Part shown: positions 6,657 to 11,566 of the stretch, in pieces | Position numbering within the stretch: the stretch's first letter is position 1 | Layout of the letters: each line of letters opens with the position of its first letter | UHGV virus genome: UHGV-1588268 | Reading direction: 5' to 3' (one strand) | From: a virus | Length of the DNA stretch: 11,566 nt | Notes under the pieces: generated by a model | What the model was told of the DNA's origin: nothing | What the model saw: the letters and a program-made list of their open reading frames with translations, nothing else | Database searches by the model: none | Translations under genes and position numbers: made by a program

Positions 6657-6869
6657 TTGAAGATAGTAACCAGAATGGAGGCCGCAAAAGCCGGGTTAAA
6701 TCGCTATTTCACAGGAAAGCGGTGCCGTCACGGCCATCTCTCTGAAAGGTATGTTCTGAACGGAACATGTGTTGAATGTGCAATGAATAGCGCCAACCGC
6801 CATCGTAATGAATTTGCTTGTGCACTAAAGAGTGCAAGAGGGGAAACCTATGGCAAGCAGCTGGATTAA
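6657..6869 (+). CDS. Small Zn-ribbon-like protein (70 aa) in the cII position
   Basis: ORF with TTG start and AAGGGG ribosome-binding site (alternative ATG at 6675). Cys/His pattern C-x-H-x-H...C-x-x-C (GKRCRHGHLSERYVLNGTCVEC). Overlaps the start of the O-like gene. No family recognised. Confidence 0.5.
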   Translation: MKIVTRMEAAKAGLNRYFTGKRCRHGHLSERYVLNGTCVECAMNSANRHRNEFACALKSARGETYGKQLD

Positions 6870-7674
6870 GGTTGAAGTTATCACTCCTGATAAACCTGAA
6901 ATTTTTCAGATAGCAGAAATTCTGGGTATTGATCCAGATGCTGTTCTTGGAAAGCTGGTTCGTATATGGGCATGGGCTGACCAGCAAACAATAGACGGTA
7001 ACGCTGGCAGCGTTACAAAAGGAGTACTTGATAGACTCGCTTTTATTACAGGATTTGCTGACGCCCTCATTAGCGTCGGATGGCTTGCTTATCATGACGG
7101 CAAACTAATTCTTCCAAACTTTGAGCGACATAATGGAGAATCATCGAAAAAACGTGCACTTACGAATAGAAGAGTGGCAGAGCATCGAAAACGAGTAACG
7201 CAAAAAGTAACGCCAACAGCGTTACAAAAGGAGTTACCAGAGGAAGAGGAAGATATATATAAAACCCCACACATAGCGCACGTGCGCGAGGGTGCTCCGA
7301 CCAGTGAAGCGAACAGTACGCCGTTGCAGGTGGCAGAACCTGAATTTCTGGATGGCCTGAGTGAACCCATCGGGAAATTTCCGATGACAGATGGCTGGCT
7401 ACCGTCGCCAGATTTTCGGTGGCGTGCTGCGCTGTGGGGAACGGCCCTGCCGGAACCGGAATTTACACCTGCTGAACTTGCTGCATTCCGGGATTACTGG
7501 ATGGCTGAGGGCAAAGTGTTCACGCAGGTTCAGTGGGAACAAAAATTCGCCAGGCACGTAAATCATATCAGGGGAAAATCAAAAAATGCCGGGAAAAGCG
7601 ATGAGCTTGACTGGAATAACACTGACTGGATAGAAGGGGTGTGGGATGAAATCAACTCCAGAACTTCTCAATGA
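6850..7674 (+). CDS. Replication initiator, O-like: N-terminal phage replisome-organizer domain plus C-terminal DnaT-like domain
   Basis: N-terminus MASSWIKVEV...IWAWADQ fits the phage replisome-organizer N-domain. C-terminus (GKFPMTDGWLPSPDFRWRAALWGTALPEPEFTPAELAAFRDYWMAEGKVFTQVQWEQKFARHV) aligns closely with E. coli DnaT as I remember it. AGAGGGGA ribosome-binding site. Confidence 0.8.
   Translation: MASSWIKVEVITPDKPEIFQIAEILGIDPDAVLGKLVRIWAWADQQTIDGNAGSVTKGVLDRLAFITGFADALISVGWLAYHDGKLILPNFERHNGESSKKRALTNRRVAEHRKRVTQKVTPTALQKELPEEEEDIYKTPHIAHVREGAPTSEANSTPLQVAEPEFLDGLSEPIGKFPMTDGWLPSPDFRWRAALWGTALPEPEFTPAELAAFRDYWMAEGKVFTQVQWEQKFARHVNHIRGKSKNAGKSDELDWNNTDWIEGVWDEINSRTSQ
6998..7234. repeat. 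Iteron-like repeats inside the O-like gene (candidate origin): GTAACGC-N5-GCGTTAC-AAAAGGAGT twice
   Basis: Copy 1 at 6998-7025, copy 2 at 7207-7234, plus an extra GTAACGC at 7195-7201 and CATCGAAAA(A)ACG direct repeats at 7143-7196. The two copies fall in different reading frames of the O-like gene. An A/T-rich tract follows at 7243-7262. Confidence 0.4.
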
Positions 7675-8422
7675 GTACGATCGCTTACGTGAGCATGGTG
7701 TTGCTGTGCATGAAGAGCGGCGTGACAGCAATGGCAAAAAGGAGCAGGTTGCTAGAATTTTCAATGAACTATTTGTCCAGTTACAGGCTGCATTTCCTGC
7801 AAGCGTTTCGACCATAAGGGAGCAGAACAAACTTAATGAATTCCGTAAGCAATGGATGCTTGCGTTTCTGGAGAATGGGATCACTACAATGGAACAGGTT
7901 AACGCTGGTATGCGCCACGCCCGCGCCAGTGAATCTCCGTTCTGGCCGTCGCCAGGGCAATTCATCAAGTGGTGCAAAGACAGCAAGATGGTTCTTGGCG
8001 TCACCATTGACGATGTGATGGCGGAGTTTCACCGGTACAGCAAGGAAAAAAGTTTATATCCTGGTGGTCCCGAAAGATTCCCGTGGCGGCATCCGGTTAT
8101 GTACTGGGTCGTATGTGATACCCGTCGTGCAATGTATCAGCGCCAGCTTAGCGAGAGTGAGGTTGAGAAACACGCGCGCAGGCTGCTCGATGATTGGGCG
8201 AAAAAGGTGGCTTCCGGACAGCAGATACCCGATCCGGTGATCAGCATACAGGCAAAGCCAGAGCCCATGAGTACACCTCCGGACACAGGGAGAGACGTTT
8301 ACCATCCACCAGGGCGAAGTTTCGGGTGCATGCCTAACGCCGCCACCCTTTGGGGAATAACACCGGCGCAGTGGCTGATGGAGGAATACAGGCGGGGAAA
8401 GGCGGCAGGATTTATCAAGTAA
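7646..8422 (+). CDS. Replication protein P-like (DnaB helicase loader)
   Basis: 258 aa. QLQAAFPASVSTIREQNKLNEFRKQWMLAFLENGITTMEQVNAGMRHAR...FWPSPGQFIKWC matches lambda P (ATFPASL...WVLAFRENGITTMEQVNAGMRVAR...FLPSPGQFVAWC) as I remember it. Overlaps the O-like gene end; AAGGGG ribosome-binding site. Confidence 0.88.
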   Translation: MKSTPELLNEYDRLREHGVAVHEERRDSNGKKEQVARIFNELFVQLQAAFPASVSTIREQNKLNEFRKQWMLAFLENGITTMEQVNAGMRHARASESPFWPSPGQFIKWCKDSKMVLGVTIDDVMAEFHRYSKEKSLYPGGPERFPWRHPVMYWVVCDTRRAMYQRQLSESEVEKHARRLLDDWAKKVASGQQIPDPVISIQAKPEPMSTPPDTGRDVYHPPGRSFGCMPNAATLWGITPAQWLMEEYRRGKAAGFIK

Positions 8423-8459
8423 TACCAGCGCGATAGCGCATTTTTTTACGCCTCGATAA

Positions 8460-8536
8460 TTACCTGTTAGGTAACAAAATATTATAAACTCTATTGATTT
8501 CATGTCTTATGTGGTTTTTAATTACCTCAGAGGTAA
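8460..8536. promoter_or_regulatory. Two perfect operator palindromes flanking a putative promoter upstream of the DUF1064-like gene
   Basis: TTACCT-gtt-AGGTAA (8460-8474) and TTACCT-cag-AGGTAA (8522-8536), the latter ending 3 nt before the ATG and containing the GAGG Shine-Dalgarno; TTGATT -35 candidate at 8494-8499. Confidence 0.5.
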
Positions 8537-8539
8537 ATC

Positions 8540-8884
8540 ATGAGAAAACAGATACAGGCTCTTGGTCGACTCAAAACAGGCCAGATGAACAAAACTGAAT
8601 CTGCGTATTGCCAGCACCTTGAGCTGCGTAAACGTGCAGGGGAAATCGCCTGGTATCGATTCGAGGGTATCAAGCTGCGGTTAGCTGACAACACGTTCTA
8701 TACGCCAGATTTCGCTGTGATGCTCGCCACCGGAGAGATGGAACTGCACGAAGTGAAAGGTTTCTGGACCGACGACGCCAGGGTGAAAACCAAAGTCGCC
8801 GCAGATCAGTATCCGTTCCGAATCATCGGGGTAACGGTTAAACCAAAGAAAGCAGGTGGTGGCTGGAACATCGAAGAGTTCTGA
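8540..8884 (+). CDS. DUF1064-like phage protein with PD-(D/E)xK nuclease signature
   Basis: 114 aa. YTPDFAV...ELHEVKG gives a D...E-x-K arrangement; size and context (after the replication genes) match DUF1064-type proteins. Family from memory. Confidence 0.7.
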   Translation: MRKQIQALGRLKTGQMNKTESAYCQHLELRKRAGEIAWYRFEGIKLRLADNTFYTPDFAVMLATGEMELHEVKGFWTDDARVKTKVAADQYPFRIIGVTVKPKKAGGGWNIEEF

Positions 8885-8945
8885 ATCGACGATCTTTTTA
8901 GTTATCAATGTAATCAATAAGTTATGTGGATAAGCGAGGGTAAAG

Positions 8946-9593
8946 ATGGAAAGTAATATCAAAGGGTTAGTTGCCGCCGGGCATGAGATGGCTTCGGAAC
9001 TGAAAGCAGAATGTGGTGCCGTTGATATGCGCAGTGTGGCAAAGCTGATCAGCGATTTGGCAACGCAACTGGAAGTGCAACTGGTGCGTGCTAATGCGCT
9101 GGCCGAAGACCAGCAGAAAGCGATTGAGTCAATTAAGCAGGCTGATGCGGCTGTTAAGTTGGCACACGAGAAGTTTTCGGCGTTGGCGGCGGAGAATGCG
9201 CTGGCTCGTAAGGCAGTTCAGGCATTCTGCGATGTTGTTGGCGACAACACCGAGGTTATCGCTGAGGAGGTTGGGCGAGATGGCGTTCTGGTTATTTTGG
9301 AGGCCATGAAGGCAACAGGAAATATGCCAGCCACCGATGCTTTTCTGGCTGTAGTGCGTGCGGAGGCACGCAACGAGGGGATTAACTATACCGCAAGCCG
9401 TCTTGCTGCTGCTTTCAACCACGGATTTATCAATAAGTCTTTACGTGAAGTTTTCGACGTTACGCGCATGATTCTGTCAGCGAAAGAAGAGTTGGCTAAT
9501 GAACCGCATCCGATTGATGGCCTGTCTGGTGAATATGCGGAAAAATCCCTAGAAGAATGGGCGGAACAGATTCGCAAAGGAGGCAACCAGTGA
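8946..9593 (+). CDS. Hypothetical alpha-helical/coiled-coil protein (215 aa)
   Basis: ORF with GAGGG ribosome-binding site. Stop overlaps the next start as GTGA. Ala/Glu/Leu-rich, predicted helical. No family recognised. Confidence 0.6.
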   Translation: MESNIKGLVAAGHEMASELKAECGAVDMRSVAKLISDLATQLEVQLVRANALAEDQQKAIESIKQADAAVKLAHEKFSALAAENALARKAVQAFCDVVGDNTEVIAEEVGRDGVLVILEAMKATGNMPATDAFLAVVRAEARNEGINYTASRLAAAFNHGFINKSLREVFDVTRMILSAKEELANEPHPIDGLSGEYAEKSLEEWAEQIRKGGNQ

Positions 9594-10288
9594 GCGAGAT
9601 TAACTATCAGGCTCTGCGACTGGCGGCAGAAAATGCAACACTAGGCGAATGGTGTACTGATGACTACCATGGAGTAATTGCCGATGCCGGACTGAACGCC
9701 AATTACTACATAGCATCATGCTCAGGACCGGATAATCGCGCCAATAAACGATTCATAGCCGCAGCCAATCCGGCTACCGTGCTGGCACTGCTGGATGAGA
9801 ACGAAAGCATGTGCCGCGACCTCATTGCTCGCAATGGTGAGATTGAAGGGCTTCGAAAACTGGTTGCTGAACTTGAGGAGACAAAATCAAAACTCAACGA
9901 GCAGCGTGAATATTACGAAGGTGTTATCTCGGATGGAAGTAAGCGTATTGCTGAACTGGAGAAAAGCGAAGAGCAACTCATCAGCGAGCGTGATCATGCT
10001 GAGTCTGCTTTAGCTGATATGTATTTTGCAGCAACCGGGGATAGGCCGGAGTGGAGCAACTTGTTCGGCTTTTCAGATGCTGTAGATGCCGTGGTTGACA
10101 GAATTGCTGATTTAGAAGCTAAACAGCCATCGCCAGTAGTACCGGAAGGACTGATTAAAGCGGTGCGTTTTTATGAGCAGGTAAAACGTGAGAACCCGCC
10201 AGTCGAAACCGGAGCATGGAAAGACGCTGTTGACTGGGTGCTCAAAGAGGCTTGCCCGGCTGTAAACATTGGCATCAAAGGAGAGTGA
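9590..10288 (+). CDS. Ead/Ea22-like family protein
   Basis: GTG start with AAGGAGG ribosome-binding site (the track's ATG at 9557 has none). N-terminus SEINYQALRLAAENATLGEW...CSGPDNRANKRFIAAANPATVLALLDENE matches my memory of Ea22-like prophage proteins; coiled-coil middle section. Confidence 0.6.
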   Translation: MSEINYQALRLAAENATLGEWCTDDYHGVIADAGLNANYYIASCSGPDNRANKRFIAAANPATVLALLDENESMCRDLIARNGEIEGLRKLVAELEETKSKLNEQREYYEGVISDGSKRIAELEKSEEQLISERDHAESALADMYFAATGDRPEWSNLFGFSDAVDAVVDRIADLEAKQPSPVVPEGLIKAVRFYEQVKRENPPVETGAWKDAVDWVLKEACPAVNIGIKGE

Positions 10289-10290
10289 GA

Positions 10291-10809
10291 GTGCAGATTT
10301 CACCGGTTACTCTTCGTGTTGCGAAGGCGTTTATATCCAGACATCACCGACACAATAAACCCCCGGTGGGGCATAAATTCAGCATTGGTCTGAGAAATGA
10401 TGCCGGAGAATTGATAGGTGTGGCGACAGCCGGTAGACCTGTTGCACGACATTTGGACGATGGATTAACGCTTGAAGTAAATCGCACATGTACCACAGGA
10501 GAACGCAACGCTAACAGCGCGCTTTATGGTGCTGTCTGGCGGGCAGCAAAGGCTATGGGTTATCAACGTTGTATTACGTACACCCAGGCAGATGAATCAG
10601 GAGCATCTCTTCGCGCAGCTGGTTTTGTTCGTGTGAAAGAGCTTCCTCCAAGAAAAAGCTGGGCGGAATCAAGCGTCGCCCTGCGGAGTAAACGCGATCC
10701 GGTCGGAAACGGTGGTGTTCCTCGTGTGCTCTGGGAAATCAGGAGAATGAGTACCACTGGCATTCGCATCAAAGGAGACGCAGGAGAACAAAACGATGAA
10801 AAACCGTAA
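10291..10809 (+). CDS. Conserved phage protein, GNAT-like acyltransferase fold suspected
   Basis: GTG start with AAAGGAGAG ribosome-binding site. Motifs RHHRHNKPPVGHKF, LIGVATAGRPVAR and the C-terminal SGASLRAAGF resemble GNAT acetyl-CoA-binding and motif-B regions. Function is inferred. Confidence 0.55.
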   Translation: MQISPVTLRVAKAFISRHHRHNKPPVGHKFSIGLRNDAGELIGVATAGRPVARHLDDGLTLEVNRTCTTGERNANSALYGAVWRAAKAMGYQRCITYTQADESGASLRAAGFVRVKELPPRKSWAESSVALRSKRDPVGNGGVPRVLWEIRRMSTTGIRIKGDAGEQNDEKP

Positions 10810-10972
10810 AGCAAAATTACTTCTTTTATCGCGTTCGACGGGGTACGAGAAGCTACCAATCAGCAATCACAAACGGGCGGTGATCGGCATGTTTGGTAGG
10901 GTGGTATTCGCATTTAACTATAAACCCACCGCGTCGCGGAACAGACGAGAGAAGGGGTACGCAGTGCGATGA
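10796..10972 (+). CDS. Putative small basic ORF (58 aa) beginning MKNRKAK
   Basis: Own translation: MKNRKAKLLLLSRSTGYEKLPISNHKRAVIGMFGRVVFAFNYKPTASRNRREKGYAVR. Start lies inside the 3' end of the preceding gene; stop overlaps the next ATG as ATGA. Below the track cutoff. Confidence 0.25.
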   Translation: MKNRKAKLLLLSRSTGYEKLPISNHKRAVIGMFGRVVFAFNYKPTASRNRREKGYAVR

Positions 10973-11160
10973 AAAACCGTAAGGCAAAGATGCTGATAGC
11001 AAAGCCGGGGCAGCGTATCCGTATCTCAAATCGGCTTGTTATTTACTATAGATATCTGGGTTTTAGGGGGTGTTCCTCTATTCGTTTTTACGGTGTCTGG
11101 CGAAACAGAAGCGCAGCACAAAACCGCTGGAAAAACCACTTTCGCACTAAAGGAGAGTGA
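10969..11160 (+). CDS. Putative small basic ORF (63 aa) beginning MKNRKAK
   Basis: Shares a 21-nt start region with the preceding small ORF (20 of 21 identical). Arg-rich. Stop lies within the ribosome-binding site of the next gene. Confidence 0.3.
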   Translation: MKNRKAKMLIAKPGQRIRISNRLVIYYRYLGFRGCSSIRFYGVWRNRSAAQNRWKNHFRTKGE

Positions 11161-11161
11161 T

Positions 11162-11566
11162 ATGACCACTATAACCGATAAGAAACAGTATCCAGGCGAG
11201 CAATATCTTAATGAGCTGATCACCAACATAGAGTTTGCTGCAAGGGCACCAGTTGAAGTCGTGAGAGCAATGGCAGCAGAGCTACAGAAGCGGCGCGAAG
11301 CTGATAGTGCCGAACCTGCAAGTAATCATGAAGAGTTGCCGCTTGATTATCTCCAAGGTCAAAAAGATGGTCTTGAATGGGCTGCGCAGCTTGCAGAAGC
11401 AAATCACCCACAAACTGGCGACTGGCTTTACGATGACCAGCTGGAGCTGGCTAAAGCTATCAGAAAAGGTCCTGACATGCCCGAATTCGATGGACCAACT
11501 CCGGTAACTCTGGATGGTTGGATAAGCTGTAGTGAGCGAATGCCCGCTCAAGATGATTGGATTTTA
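11162..11566 (+). CDS. Hypothetical protein, 5' partial view (runs past the window end)
   Basis: Open frame from ATG 11162 with AAGGAGAG ribosome-binding site and no stop to the window edge (135 codons; MTTITDKKQYPGEQYLNELI...GWISCSERMPAQDDWIL). The C-terminal W...ERMP segment is faintly reminiscent of DUF551-type prophage proteins; weak. Confidence 0.5.
   Translation, partial: MTTITDKKQYPGEQYLNELITNIEFAARAPVEVVRAMAAELQKRREADSAEPASNHEELPLDYLQGQKDGLEWAAQLAEANHPQTGDWLYDDQLELAKAIRKGPDMPEFDGPTPVTLDGWISCSERMPAQDDWIL

Noticed and set aside
8425-8448. Possible weak terminator after the P-like gene (GCGC-gata-GCGC followed by seven T)
   Set aside because: Stem is only 4 bp; could contribute to termination but too marginal to list as a feature.
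7092-8503. Minus-strand ORFs (7092-7370, 7579-8007, 7781-8032, 8054-8503) antisense to the O-like and P-like genes
   Set aside because: Antisense to confidently assigned replication genes; Cys/Ser/Arg-rich compositions typical of antisense artefacts; 8054-8503 also runs through the operator-containing intergenic region.
1-11566. CRISPR arrays, insertion sequences/transposases, reverse transcriptase or retron-like elements
   Set aside because: No regularly spaced direct repeats, no terminal inverted repeats flanking a transposase-like ORF, and no reverse-transcriptase motifs in any frame of the ORF track.

Overview
This window reads as the integrase-proximal half of a lambdoid-type temperate prophage, probably enterobacterial; all protein calls rest on remembered family motifs and ORF structure, not on any search. 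Layout: a P4-family tyrosine integrase (+); a leftward early operon on the minus strand (small Trp/Cys-rich ORF, unknown 99-aa protein, YqaJ/lambda-Exo-like exonuclease, RecT, AlpA/Xis-family protein, then an accessory cluster with an MT-A70 adenine methyltransferase flanked by small coupled ORFs); an immunity region (tandem-HTH repressor on the minus strand, divergent Cro/YdaS-like gene); a rightward replication module (Zn-ribbon small protein, O-like initiator with a DnaT-like C-terminal domain, lambda-P-like helicase loader); then a DUF1064-like protein with a PD-(D/E)xK nuclease signature, a coiled-coil protein, an Ea22-like protein, a GNAT-like protein, two small basic ORFs and a partial gene running off the 3' edge. 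The strongest non-coding signal is a 15-bp palindrome TTACCT-N3-AGGTAA present at 9 or more sites in promoter regions, which I read as the repressor's operator set. I found no tRNA, rRNA, CRISPR array or transposase. I cannot point to one clearly novel system; the best candidates are the xis-int accessory operon and the post-replication gene cluster.
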